The notes under the pieces are model-generated. The model saw only the letters and a program-made list of their open reading frames with translations, was not told the DNA's origin and made no database searches. A DNA stretch of 64,000 bases, from assembly GCF_964355755.1 (NCBI RefSeq), contig NC_092672.1, forward strand, positions 11,408,001 through 11,472,000. The letters run 5' to 3'. Positions within the stretch are counted from its first letter, which is position 1, and every line of letters starts with the position of its first letter. Origin of the DNA: Antedon mediterranea. Taxonomy: Eukaryota; Animalia; Echinodermata. This document shows positions 1 through 13,336 of this stretch, piece after piece. A program made the translations under genes and the position numbers.

Positions 1-1115
1 ATGTCATGAAAATATTTCTCCCATTTAACTTATAAACATTCATCATATAAGATATGATGAAGAAAGGATCTATCATAGCTATCATATTATGTGCTTGATA
101 TGCAGATGTCCTAACCATTAGACCACTGGGGCTTTCATGCTATTGTTCAAACTCAATTGGATATATATTGTATACATTTTCTCATTGGTAAAATGTATAC
201 AGTTTGTGCTGTATTACTACTGAAAAACCCCAATTAAAACACTGAATTTTGCTCATTCTATCATCAATATTCAGAGAATCGAATATAAGACCATGGATTG
301 TAAGCAAGCCTATTAGCCCAGCTGCAGTGCCACAAGACATAGACCCTGCCAAGCTACAGTAGTTAAACATGGATTAATATACCACAATACCACATCGTAT
401 AAACCAATTAGCCTATATATTGTTCTTTTTAACTTGACATTTCTTCTACGGATATAAATAGATATACAATGCTTGATGTGATGATCCAAGGGCTTGAGGC
501 AGGGATTAGTATGGTGATCCAGTAAAGTCATATTCCCTAAGGAGCCTAGGATTAACACATTGATCTGATTGGTCGATGAACTTGAACCAAATAAACTTCC
601 CAGTATTATGTCTTACCATTTAGTTGTTTTCTTTCACCATTACTAAACATGTCATCTTGGATTAGGCGCTTTCTTTGAATTGTTCTTAGATGATACCGAT
701 TAACCTAATTTAATATCTGTATGTTTTAAGAATAATTCAACATTTGTTTCTGTTTTGATAATAAAGGAAGTCAATTTCTTTCATTTTATAAGATTTTACC
801 ATATTGTTAGTTTATATAACAGTGATACATTTTTAATCTGGAGAAGTTCAAAACATTTTTATGTTAGATAACTAAAGGTTGCTTTATTTCTTTGTGCAAC
901 AAATTGAAGTTCAATAACACATTGTTGCAATGCATTCTTTATGTATTGCTGTTGTTACTACAGTATATATATTTTCTATAATATCAGATAATGTCAGATA
1001 TACAAATTGAGTAGTTTCGTCATCAAATGACATTCAAATAACACAGAGCATAAAAAGAGGACCAATCTAGAAGTAAACTTGTCTTATTTAACATGGTTAC
1101 AAAAAATAAGAACTA

Positions 1116-1857
1116 CCGTATATTTCGGTGTATAAGTCGCACCTGTGTATAAGACGCACCCGTGTTTTTTTTATTTGTAATAATATATTTTGTTATATCT
1201 ACAATGGCGACCTTTATTTAGGTTTTTTCTTACCTAGGCTCGGCCGCGCCCAGCCTCAACAAGTTGTTTCTAACTTGTTATTCATGAGTTTCGCACCCGC
1301 AACATCGAGTGCATGACCGTGTGTAACACGCACGTGTGTGGGCTAGCCTCGCTCAATCATTTCGAGAGGGCGCATGTTTTCACGGACAATCGTATTCGAT
1401 TAGTATCTACCGTATGTATCCAAGAAGTGTGTACGCTAGGTCCATGCTATAATCACCTGGAGAATATACTAGTCGAATACCGTACAACATGTGGCCGCCA
1501 AGAAGGGCTTGCGCTCGGGTACGGCGGTCGGCGATCGTGCGTATACTAGGCCTATTCCAATCGTAAACGTTTACAAATGAAATTTTATCGGAGTGCCTAA
1601 AACAGGTCCATAATAAACAAATCTTTTCATCATATTTAGTATAACATCACGCTAAAATGCCTTGAAACTAGGCAGAAGCAGGTTGCCGTTACGTTAGTAC
1701 ACTCTAGCTAGGCCTAGCCTACTCAGGCCTAGCCAACGAGGTGACGATATGTACACTCTGTGTGGTGAGGCATTTATGTTCGGTGTATAAGACGCACCCT
1801 TAATTTAGAGGTCAAATTTGCGTGTCAAAAGTGCGACTTATACACCGAAATATACAG
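1116..1857 (+). mobile_element. Non-autonomous Tc1/mariner-pogo-like MITE, family A copy 1
   Basis: TIR CCGTATATTTCGGTGTATAAGTCGCAC ... GTGCGACTTATACACCGAAATATACAG. TA on both flanks (1114-1115, 1858-1859). Internal repeats of TATAAG(T/A)CGCAC. A closely similar inverted copy lies at 12488-13336. Confidence 0.9.
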
Positions 1858-3003
1858 TAGTGAGAATAATAAAGCATCAATAATAATATATAACAAAGGG
1901 TATACTGACAACATCTTTATACCTGCTCTGCTATGTGTATTTATAATTTCTTGAGTTCAACCCAGTTTCCAGTTCAAGCTAATACTTGACACTACTTATT
2001 TTCGTCCTAGAGGTGTGCCATGCCGTCCCATCTTAAAATTATTCAAACTCTGTATGTCAATTTTATTTTACTTTATAATAGTGAATATTGATTGTCTTAA
2101 TGTTCCTTAAACAGCTTTTTGTATTCCCCAGTAATCTGTTTTATTATCCTTGTGTTGATGTAAAAATAACACACCCCGCACATTAACAACACTAGCTATA
2201 GGCTATAGCAGTGGATTGTATGGTAATCCTAAAGTCAAGTTCACCCAGGTGTGATAATTTGCTGACACTTAGTTTAACAAATACGGACTATTACAAAGGT
2301 GTGATCTATGGTATGCAACTAAGCTACCAAGCCTGGGGGTTTACACGCATTCAATGTTCTAATTACCTTCTAGGGTTTACCAGGCTTTCTTTAGTCGCTC
2401 ACAGCCTGAAATATCCATATCTAGCCCTGAGACAACACTGTCAATATATCTGCTAGGCTCTCGCTTCAATATTGACATCATGATGTTCTAGGTGTAATTA
2501 TAAAGCTATTTATTGGTTTGTAATTGACATATTATTTCACTTGAGGTGGTTAAAAAAGAAAATTAACCAACAGTTGCAATGATTGCAGTATATATTAAAG
2601 GTCAATTGAAAGTCAAAAGAAGAATTTAAAGATATTTATTGTCTCCTGAAAATAAAAACATTATTTCTAAAAATAACATTTTACTGTAAAGTATCATCAA
2701 AAGCAACCTGAGAATTAACAAAAGGAGTATTTTGAAACCTATTAATCCTGATAAAGATGGCTTAGGCTTACCTAATGGAAGGTGGCTGTACTTTGTTGTA
2801 TTCTCTTTCAAACTTGGAAATAAATAATTAAAAGTCTTTAATTGCTTCAAAAAATGCACCAAACTTTGTTTGTTTGTTTGGTTCCCACTAGGATGCAATT
2901 TTAAAATATGTAGCACAATGCAAACCTGGCCAATCGCAAGCAATGGATCATCCAAACTGTCGCTTCTGATAGATAATCTCCTTTGCCCTTAAACTTCATC
3001 TAA

Positions 3004-4084
3004 GGCCCTGTTCAGACCCATGGCGTTAGACCGTTTTAGCGTACGACGCTAAAAGAATGTGTGTCTGAACAGTTGGGGATTAGCGTACAACGCGTCGTAC
3101 AACGGTTGTAGCGTTGTAGTGGAAAACGGTTGATAGTACCGTTTTAGCGTACGACGCTACTGTAAGTCAACGTTGTATCCAATCAGAACGTTTCCTGTTA
3201 TGACGCGAAACAAGGTTTGACCTAGGCTGACATCTTTTGTATCGTCAATGTGTGAGATGGATTTCAATAACAAAAAGGCCAGAATAAATAAGGCCTAACT
3301 ACACTACAAATACAACTGTTACAAAGGCTACAAACTACTATCAACTGATTACCATTATATTTTCTAACAAATGACATAAATACATGCACCTTGTATTTAA
3401 ACATAGAGACTACGATCCCATCCGCTTTTAGGCCTAGCTAGGCCTAGAGCCATTCACGCATTTCATTCAAGCTAAAAACTAGCGTGGGACATCAAGTCAG
3501 TCATTCATACAAGGCAGACTAGACTGGACAAGTTTAATGCTGAAAACCCCCTAACTCCTAAAAAAATCAGTAAACAAACAAGGGGAGCTGTGTCTCTTTT
3601 ATTAGCAAGTTAAGGGTTATTTTCAACCGACTGGACCAAAGAATATATATTTTTGACTGGACTGGATAGACTAATGACAATCATTTTTTTCTTCATCATT
3701 ACGAGGCCTGCTTTATTTTCGTAACACAAGAGCCTGGGGAAAATGTTTTTTACTACAAACAAAATAAAAACAATAGAAACAGAAATTTGGCTTTACTATA
3801 TTTTTCTTAAATAAATGCTGAGGTATGTTTTATTTACGGCAAATTTTGTCATAATTGTAGGGCTGAGATCTAGGCCTATATACAGTGGAAATAATGATGA
3901 AAACACGTGGGTAAGAGCACATGAATATGCAACTAGAAACAACCTGGATGACGTACTTCCGTTGTAACGATAATCGTACGCTATGGGTCTGAACACCTCG
4001 TTTTTTTCTCTGTGGTTTGTAACGTGACCTTGATAGTAACGTTGTATGCTAAAACGGTCTAACGCCATGGGTCTGAACAGGGCT
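3004..4084. mobile_element. Non-autonomous PIF/Harbinger-like element
   Basis: TIR of ~37 bp, GGCCCTGTTCAGACCCATGGCGTTAGACCGTTTTAGC / GCTAAAACGGTCTAACGCCATGGGTCTGAACAGGGCT. TAA target duplication (3001-3003, 4085-4087). Subterminal TAGCGTACGACGCTA-like repeats. Confidence 0.88.
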
Positions 4085-6878
4085 TAAGTGGTAAAAGTGT
4101 TTTGGTTATTTTATACTTTAAATTGGTTCATTAGGTGATAAATAGGTTTTTATTCTAACACTATTTAATAAACCAATTGTTTTCTTCACAACACAACATT
4201 ATACAGGCCTACTACTGTAATCTATAACTTAATTTGAAATTATAGAGGGCTCTCTTTACTTCTTCTCAATGGACATAGAGAATTACACATAACACATGTG
4301 TATGTTCAAATTTGTCCTCCTGAGGAAAAATTATAATTTTACTTGACAAATATATTTTCTGGGGAGCAATTTATTTTCATTACACATTTTATTTTTTATT
4401 TTGGCATTGTGTTACCAAAAGTGAAATTTTAATTTCTAGGGAACAATTTCAATATCTCAACACAAAATGATAAATCTCAGAATATGTTTTATGATAAAAG
4501 CAAAAAAAATATCTTTCTAGTACTAGTATGTTTCTAGTTCAAATGGTTTTAGATTTGGGGAACTTAAAGGACAAATACATTTATAACCTGTAACATATAT
4601 ATATAGATAATATTTTTTTTAAGGGGAACAAATTTAGCAAATTAGTATAGAAGCATTTCATAACAATAATAAATAATGGTTATATTGTACTTATAATAAT
4701 ATTTTACAATATTATAACATACCATTACTTAATACTATTCATCAACCTAACAAACTTAATATCATTACTTAGTATATTTCTCCATGACTTTGAAAACATT
4801 GTTGATGATAAATTGTAAATAAATGGAAGGTAGTCAAATATGGAATAAAATATATAGTTATAGACCTCATTAATTTCTACACTTATTTTAAAATATAATA
4901 TATAAGTATAATATTAAAACATAAAATATACCTATAATATATATACCTACATCAGACTACAGTCTTAACAACTTTGGGAGAATTCTATAACATTAATATC
5001 TTTCCCCTTTTGCACTTGAATGTCAGATGCCTAGAGGTTACATTGACACATCATTGGTATGTTTCAGTTTACTTTGAAACTATTCAATGACATACTATAA
5101 ATCTAAAAGTAAATAAGCCCACTTCTTCTGCCCTCTGAGCATACATTTCACCTTTTACACAAATAAACTGAAACCATCAATTACCTAATAGATATGTTTT
5201 ACCATTTATCATCTTTAATATGCCACCTGATTGAAATCAAGTTGGATTGGTTTACTTTTTCTATTCCCTGGTAAATCATGAAATGAATGTGGATTGGCAT
5301 GGTATATAGTCCATGAAATCTATAAGTAATTTCTATATTTCATAAGATTATTCCTAATGCTGTACAATGTTAAAGGATATTCTTTTTCTGGCTCTTTAAT
5401 GTATGTATTGGTAAATAACATATACAAATTTTGAATTTTTTTTTTACATATGAATGTCAGGTCACCAATTTCCGCATAGATTTTTATGTTGCATTTGTGC
5501 TGATCACCTAAGTCAAGTTAAATCAGTTTTTTTTTATAGATATACCATTGTAAGCCATACTAATTTTTAGGTGATTCTACCCAAATCAAATTAAGTGTTA
5601 ATATCTTGTTTTTTTAATTAGTTATTATTACTTTTTTGTATTTTTTTAATGTCCTGAAATAAATGTATGAATACCTAATTTTTTTAATACAAAAATAGAT
5701 TAGATTTGAGAAATAAACTTTACTTGAAAATAAAATATGTTGCTATAATGCAAAATACATTGTTGACAAACAACACAAACAAATGAAATATGTTAAAAAT
5801 AGGTTGACTGATATTAAACATTGAAATTGAACCAAAAAGTCATCAACAATAATCAGATTTGATTGGTTCATTTGATTCATTATTCCCAGGTCATGTGATA
5901 TCTAGTGCTCTCTCACCAATAATATCGATCGGCTCTATGAATCACGGAAATTGCTTAAATTCTATCTAGATAGGTGTACTTATAATAGTGCTAATCCAAC
6001 TGAATTTTCTCGTTCACAACAAACATGTTGTAGGTTATTACTTTAACCTAATAACACCATTATCGTTGTAATGTTACATTTGTGCATTTAGCCCGGTGGC
6101 AGTGCGTGCAAATATCCATGGTTCATTAGCGAGTCAATATACTGAAAGATGATGGAATAATAGGGTAAGGAAAAGACGAAATTGAAAACGTAGAAATGAA
6201 TAAAGCCATTGTTAGCAAGCTTATTGACTTTTAATAGAAATGAATTGAAATAAGTCTTATACTAGATGTCTTTTTTCAAATGTTTTGAGCGTAATTTTGG
6301 TCTCTTATTTTTAATATTTAAATTTTTATGATTTTTTAATATATAATAATATGGTAATTATAATGATAAAAGAATGATTTGGATGACAAAGCCATTAACA
6401 AGTGATGAAGAATGAGAAAATAGAGAGATCATGGAAGGCGTACCAGAGCCAACCTGGTGTGAGCAGAGTACAGTGATTAAATGGGTAATGATGGTCTAGT
6501 ATAACAGAACAAGTAATTAGGTTAAACCTGCCAATATAGAAGGGGAGAATTAATGAGGGGTTAGATCTTATAAATGTGTAGCAGAGAAATTCAATATTAC
6601 TGTACTAGGGACTGAAGGTAACTCTTGTAGTTAATCAGAATAACCAAGTAAAAATTCCAGACTTTAAATTAACTGTGTTTCCTGTAATGACTGTTGAGAA
6701 TATTAAACTTCATTCGTGCCAAAAATCTTTTAATAAACATTTTTTTTTTATCAATTCATGATAATATTTCAAATATTTAAAGTAAATGTTGTATGCTATC
6801 CAATTGTTAAATTCCTGATAATAGCAGTTTCTGAATGTTTATATGGCTGATCAAGTGATTCTAATATTTTAAAGATTT

Positions 6879-7261
6879 GCCTGTTTCTACTAGTAAGACT
6901 TCATTAAAAAAAGATGTAAAAAAAAGGTGTTACATGGTGTAGATATAGGAATATGTAAGTATGGTACTTCATACCTTATACACAGCGCCAAATAAACCGT
7001 TAAGTTCATTTAAAAAAGATAATTTTTAGGTCAAATGCATTTCTGCTCCCTGTCAATCAAAAAACCATTATTTTGAGTTGCAGCTAAAAGTTGCACAGCG
7101 ACAAAATGGTTCCACAGTGTTTTAACAACAAATCAAATGGGTGTTCTTAACCGTTATTTAATCGTTTATTGAAAATGTGTAGTTTCTTCTACCAAAAAAT
7201 TGTGGTTAATATAATAATAACATGGTTATTACCGGTTATTTTTTCGCAGTAGAAACAGGAC
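6879..7261 (-). mobile_element. Degraded short relative of the Harbinger-like element at 41930-43535
   Basis: ~7050-7261 aligns by eye to the reverse complement of 41930-42180 (TGTCAATCAAA..GTTGCAGCTAA..ACCGGTTATTTT..GCAGTAGAAACAGG). Candidate opposite TIR GCCTGTTTCTACT at 6879. Confidence 0.6.
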
Positions 7262-10153
7262 TATTGCATGCTTGGGTGATATAGATATATCAGTGTACTA
7301 ATTAACTAGACCTAGAATTTTACGAAATAGAGCTTCCTTATGACACCTGCTTGATAATAAGAAAATCAGTTCAGTATGACCACAGTACTAGTACTAGTAT
7401 TGCAGTTAATCAGCATTTCTGATTTCATTGTATTTATAACAAATTGTTTACACAATGTTATTTTTATACAACATTGTGTAAGGATAACAAACTAGAAGTA
7501 TTTAATGAAAACTAAAAAAAGCAATTAAAATAGTGTAATGTATAACAAACTTCCATATAGAATTGCTGTTTATTATTTTAAACTTTAAAAAAATTCTTTT
7601 TATGCATTTTGGTTTCAATTTCTTCTTTATCTTGACATAAAACTCACAAATACATTTTTTTGCTATTAATCTCAGTTTAAAAAAAATATATGATATAAAA
7701 TATTTACATCACTTATTAAAATGGTTAATTTGTAGGTATTAAAGCACTTTCGTTTTTTATTTCTTTATCTCTGTATCAAATTTCCACATAACATTTACTT
7801 TTTCTATAATTTAATTGAGTTTGAATGTAATTTTCCAGAATTTCACTACATACAGCTTTCAACGAAACATTTTACAATCGGAAATTGAAAAAAAAAGCTG
7901 ATGGGCTGTCATATGATTCAGATTATAACATCTTTATTAAAATTTCAATTTTACACATGAAAATCCCAAAGGATCTGTTATTCACAACAACTGCATAAAC
8001 ATTGATATAAAGGCTAAACTGTATTTCCTCTTGGGATAAAGTACCTGACATTTTTAACTGTTCACTTTGGCTATGAGACAGCATAATTCAAAACATTAAC
8101 TTACAAAAGAGAAAGAACATTAGGGTGATGTTTCCCAGACGTGTGGTTTATCCAGTTGAATTTATCCAACCCCGCTGTGAAAGACGCCAACATAGTTCCT
8201 GTTTTTCCAAAAGATTAACTCCATAAACGTCAAAAGTGTATAAACAGTAAAGAAGTTGAGTTTGTGAACCCCTTTCTTATACCAGGTCAGGTCCTGTCTC
8301 ACCCTTCAAAAATGTTGCATAAGATTCTTTTGATTTGTGGGAAGTACATATGGTTGATATATAAATCTTATTATTATTACTTTTATTTTCAATACAATGG
8401 TAATGGTTCATGGATTTGAAATTGAGCATGATTTACTGATGAGAAAATAAAAGAATATCGTTCCAACAGAGAAACATGCCTGTTATGTTACAGAATTCGC
8501 CCAGCAAACAATAGTAGCACAGCATATTCATTTAATGAAGAGAATGACTGATAGAGAATGATAGAGTTTCATATAGGGCCATATCTGCAGTATTACTCAT
8601 GCTGTTATGGACTGAGATGTTACACTTTCTAACTACATGCCTCTCCCCTATGGGTCACATCATGTCAGTACTGCTAACTTATCCACAACAACTTTTTCTA
8701 CCACCAAAACCATGGAGGTTAAGGCTATGGGTTACTGTTCCTATTAGCCACTTACTCCTAATCATAATACAAATAGTTGCTAGGCTAAAAAAAAATAAAG
8801 TTAATTGTTGATTATACAGTAAAACTCTTAAGAAAGATTTTTTTTATGCAAAATAAAAAATTGTTTTATTTTATTTAGGATTCAGTTAAATAGTTGATCA
8901 CATTCTTAATTGTGTTCTTTACATACATTTTTTAATTTAAACAAAAACTGATTTTATGCTCCCAAAACAAATTAGAACTGAATTATGTTCACTTCAGTAC
9001 TAAACCAAGATTTATTACCTAATAAAGATGTAAATTTATAGTTCTGTTAACTATCACTCTTGTGAAATGGGTACGGTACATGTTTTCTTTTCAATTTCTT
9101 TCAGTTTTTGTACCTTATTTCAGGTGTGATATAATAGAATATTAATAATAGTGCAATCAACTATCATTATTTTGTGAACTATATTTCAGTAGAACTTGCA
9201 ATGGGGAAGAGCCACCAACCTTTGGCATAATTATGATGATGGAATATGAGATTTTTACTGAATGATATATGAGCAGTGGCACTGTGGCTACAGTGTACAC
9301 ATTCTATTCTCAAGAGACTGGGTTCGATTTCCAAATCATTATCACTGGTTATATAGCTTTACTATTTATATAACATACAATACTTAAATTACATTTTATG
9401 CAAATTAACCCTTTGAAACCTTAACCAATTCTCCATATAAATTTATCTTTTTTTCTAAGAATTCATGGTTTTTATTGCTTCGACTTGCAGGTTAGTTTAC
9501 AGTCAAAGTGGTATTTTAATGTGCCGGTATATATTGTACCATATTATCATACGCTTTCAAGTATATTCCATAAAATCAATAGAGAGTTTTTTTCAGCCTA
9601 GTGCGAACAATTTGTTTTTTATTTTTATGTAAATTTACTTTTTCTTCCTTAAAAGTGTTATTTGAACTATATTGTTTTTATATTATTATATTATAGATAA
9701 TGAATGTTTATAAGTGCAGTAAGACAAACAATTTCATGAGGTGAAAGATGAAAATTTATATTTTTTATTTTAATATGAGTCTGTAATCCACAATCAACCA
9801 ATCAAATGACATGAATCTATTCAGGTGTGTAATTATAAATGTTGTGGATTGTTGGACTGAAATATAGTATGCAATTATTGAAGTCAAGTAGAGAATGAAT
9901 ATTGTGTTATTCTTAATCAATTATTATTTAACGTTAACTATTTTTACACATTGGGAAAAAAAAGAGAGTCAAATTTCATTACAGTGGCTTGAGCTTGTTC
10001 AAATTGTACCCCTAAAGCAACTCACCTTTACCTATCTCACCTGCAAATTTAAATACTAAACTTCTCCTATATAAGCCTACAGCAACACAACACCTGTTAC
10101 ACAAGTACAACTTAAACAATATTACAATGTTATAACCTAAAGGAATGATCTTA

Positions 10154-10806
10154 AGCTTTGTCTACACTATCAAACTTTATGTGTCAAAAAAATGTGATGT
10201 GCCCATATATGGACATGATGATGTCATATCACTACCATATTTAAGCATAGCACTACCATTCAATTCAATTCAAATAAACATTTATTTCTTTCATTCATAT
10301 TTGAGTAAAAAAAAAAAACATTATAATTTCTGATATTTTATAAATAAATATTTTTTTTTTTTAGAGATATAATACAGTAAATCATAATGTGTAAAAAGAT
10401 GATTCAGTTATATACAAAATGAAAGAGGCAAAAAAACCCAAGAAAGTATCGATCAATTGGAAACAAAAATCCAATTGAAACTTGTATGTTGGGAAGCCAT
10501 GTAAGAAGATTATATACTTAAATATATAAATGTAAACATATAACTACACATACACAAAAAGATCAACAGACACACACACACACACCAACAGAAAAGGAAG
10601 CAATTTCGAAAAAGTTTCTAAAGTTAAAAAAATGTTACAAAATAGAGAAAACAATTAGTTATAATTTGAAATAAGATATTCTTTAAGTTTAAAAGAGAAC
10701 ATTTTGCTAGAAGACGATGATGAAATTTCGGGAGGTAGATTATTGGCACATATATAGGCACATCAAACTTTTTTGACACATACAGTTTGATAGTGTAGAC
10801 AAGGCT
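10154..10806. mobile_element. Short hairpin MITE (Harbinger-like, TTA target), split by a LINE 3' fragment
   Basis: TIR AGCTTTGTCTACACTATCAAACT / AGTTTGATAGTGTAGACAAGGCT. TTA on both flanks. An uninterrupted ~150-bp relative lies at 37339-37487. Confidence 0.8.
10258..10746 (-). mobile_element. 3' fragment of an L2/Crack-like LINE
   Basis: The minus strand translates NNLPPEISSSSSSKMFSFKLKEYLISNYN*, resembling the WNDL..FK..FKEHLLSFYK* end of the 61318-62889 ORF. A 3' UTR and a (TTGAA)n tail follow (plus-strand ATTCAATTCAATTCAAAT at 10258). Confidence 0.75.
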
Positions 10807-11929
10807 TTATATATCTGTAAAAAAGCTTCTGGGATTCATTTATTGTACACCCACACCACAACTTACTGAAACTTACCAACAGTACGTTAATTAAGAATCT
10901 GTTTATTAATAGTAACATTATGGTATGATAGTATTAATTAAACATTTCTAATGACAAAAAATGATTAAAAGTAATCAAAAATTCTCTGTTTCTGTTAGCT
11001 TAAAAATGTTATGCCATGGGTATACATAGGCCTACATTTTCCATTTAATGTATTCGCAATTTATTTATTAATATTAAAATTGTGATGATGACAAAAGTGA
11101 TATTAAATATATTACATAACATATTGAATAATGTTATGTTTAAAGTAATAATGTTACATTATCTATTATTGCCAGCAAAAGTCTAATAATATTGGCTAAT
11201 TAGAAATGCATTATATAACATTTAAAAAACTAAATTGGTATTAAATTATCATCTTTAACCAATCATCCAGCAAATCCAAAAATTGGCATAACAACTCGGT
11301 ATCCTTGTGCAAAGCTTTTAAATAAAAATGTTCCTTCATAACATTGATTTTCTTAAGAGATCCTTTAAGCTGCTGCAATCATGCAATTGAGATAAGAAGA
11401 TATGAAGAAAACAAGAAAGATATGAACATAACAGAATATTAGCATTTTGTTTCATTATCTCCAATGCTATCAGAAATATCCCTAATGGATTGTGTTTTGT
11501 TATCATCACTGTTCTCATATTGCTGGTTGAGTAGATTGGCCTTTCTGATTGGTTGCAATCTTGATTAAGTGCTCAGTTAAGGTGTTTTTTCGTGTTAGAA
11601 AGAATACAATATTTTTTACTAAAACGGAACTCGTTTGATGTAATGCAGTAAAGAATATACAAGGTCATTAGCTTTTACGAATCAATATACTCTCATGCGG
11701 TTTATGCACTTGAGTGTTATTGTTGTTAATGCGATTGTTAATTTTACTCATTTTCAAGAAATATTGTTTGTGAGGAAATTGTTAGGTTGCATTATGGTTG
11801 TAAAGAGTATTGGCTAACAAACAGAATAATAAAATCACTGAAAATATCCAGAGGGTAGCATGCGCCTTTCCCCATATGACAGCTAAAATAAAAAATATAT
11901 ATATTTGACAGTTTTGTATACAGTACCAA

Positions 11930-12135
11930 GTACTTTACGAAACACAACGGTTAGTGGAGGACGACGAATATCCTGTGTTCGCTAGAGCATAAAATCATAT
12001 ACAGTAAACATATCCGTTTTATTAGTTACGAACCCTTCGCGAAGACGAACGGCAGTATCTCCCTCCCTCCCCTGTCTCGCGGTGCGGGGCCCTTCTAAAT
12101 CGTCCTATGGCTTCCTGTTGTGTTTCGTAAAGTAC
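11930..12135. mobile_element. Small TIR element (~205 bp), superfamily unassigned
   Basis: Perfect 19-bp inverted repeat GTACTTTACGAAACACAAC / GTTGTGTTTCGTAAAGTAC around a GC/CpG-rich core. No clear target duplication. Confidence 0.65.
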
Positions 12136-12487
12136 CTATTGTATTTTATAGTGCTGGCTCACTGTTTACCCCTGTAAAACGAAAGAGGAGAAATATGTGT
12201 TGCAACACTACTGTCAACACCTTTTCAGGGACATCCTTATTAAAGGGACACTGTGTTGGGTCTTGAAGTTTCTTCCAGCGATTCTACTGTATGTATTCAA
12301 AAAAGCTAAATACATAAATAAGCTTGGTCTATTTAATTACAAGTTCGCTGGTCTGCCTTCCACAAAATCTGAAAGAAACCTTACGACATGTTTGTTACCC
12401 TTAAATCCAACGTTAAACTCATATTCCAAAAATATGTTTAGCTGATTTGCGTAGCAAGAACGACATCATCATATCAGAGTAAGCATA

Positions 12488-13336
12488 CCGTATATTTCGG
12501 TGTATAAGTCGCACTTTTGACACGCAAATTTGACCTCTAAATTAAGGGTGCGTCTTATACACCGAACATAAATGCCTCACCACACAGATTGTACATAGGC
12601 CTAGGCTATCGTCACCTCGTTTTCTAGGCCTGAGTAGGCTAGGCCTAGCTACAGTAACTAACTAACGTAACGGCAACCTGCTTCTGCCTAGGCCTAGTTT
12701 TCAAGTCATTTTAGCATGATGTTATACTAAATATGATGAAAAGATTTGTTCATTATAGCGCTCCGATAAAATATCATTTGTAAACGTTTACGTCGTACGA
12801 TTGGAATAGTATTTATTTATACAGTAGTTATACGCACGATCGCCGTACCCCAAGCGCAAGCCCTTCTTTTGGTGGCACATGGTGTACGGTATTCGACTAG
12901 TATATTCTCCAGGTGATTATAGCATGGACCTAGCGTACACACTTCTCGGATACATAGATACTGATCGAATACGATTGTCCGTGAAAATGTGCGCCCTCTC
13001 GAAATGATCGAGCGAGGCTAGCCCACACACGTGCGTGTTACACACACGGTCATGCACTCGATGTTGCGGCGAAACTCATGAATAACAAGTTAGAAAGAAC
13101 TTGTTGAGGCTGGGCGCGGCCGAGCCTAGGTAAGAAAAAACCTAAATAAAGGACGCCGTTGTAGATATAACAAAATATAGTATTACAATAATATTGATTA
13201 CAATTTAAAAAAAACATTGTTTTGATGAAATATAAGGTGCGTCTTATACATCGACGATATAGAAAATACCGATATTTTACTCTCAGTTGGGGGTGCGTCT
13301 TATACTCAGGTGCGACTTATACACCGAAATATACGG
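12488..13336 (-). mobile_element. Non-autonomous Tc1/mariner-pogo-like MITE, family A copy 2 (inverted, longer)
   Basis: Perfect TIR CCGTATATTTCGGTGTATAAGTCGCAC / GTGCGACTTATACACCGAAATATACGG with TA flanks. The interior is the reverse complement of 1116-1857 plus an extra segment near 13190-13290. Confidence 0.92.

Noticed and set aside
2626-2955. 109-aa minus-strand ORF
   Set aside because: No recognisable domain, non-ATG start and AT-driven composition.
9270-9340. tRNA-like A/B box remnants (also ~100-135 minus and ~14065-14095 minus)
   Set aside because: No foldable cloverleaf and too degraded to call a tRNA gene or assign a SINE family.
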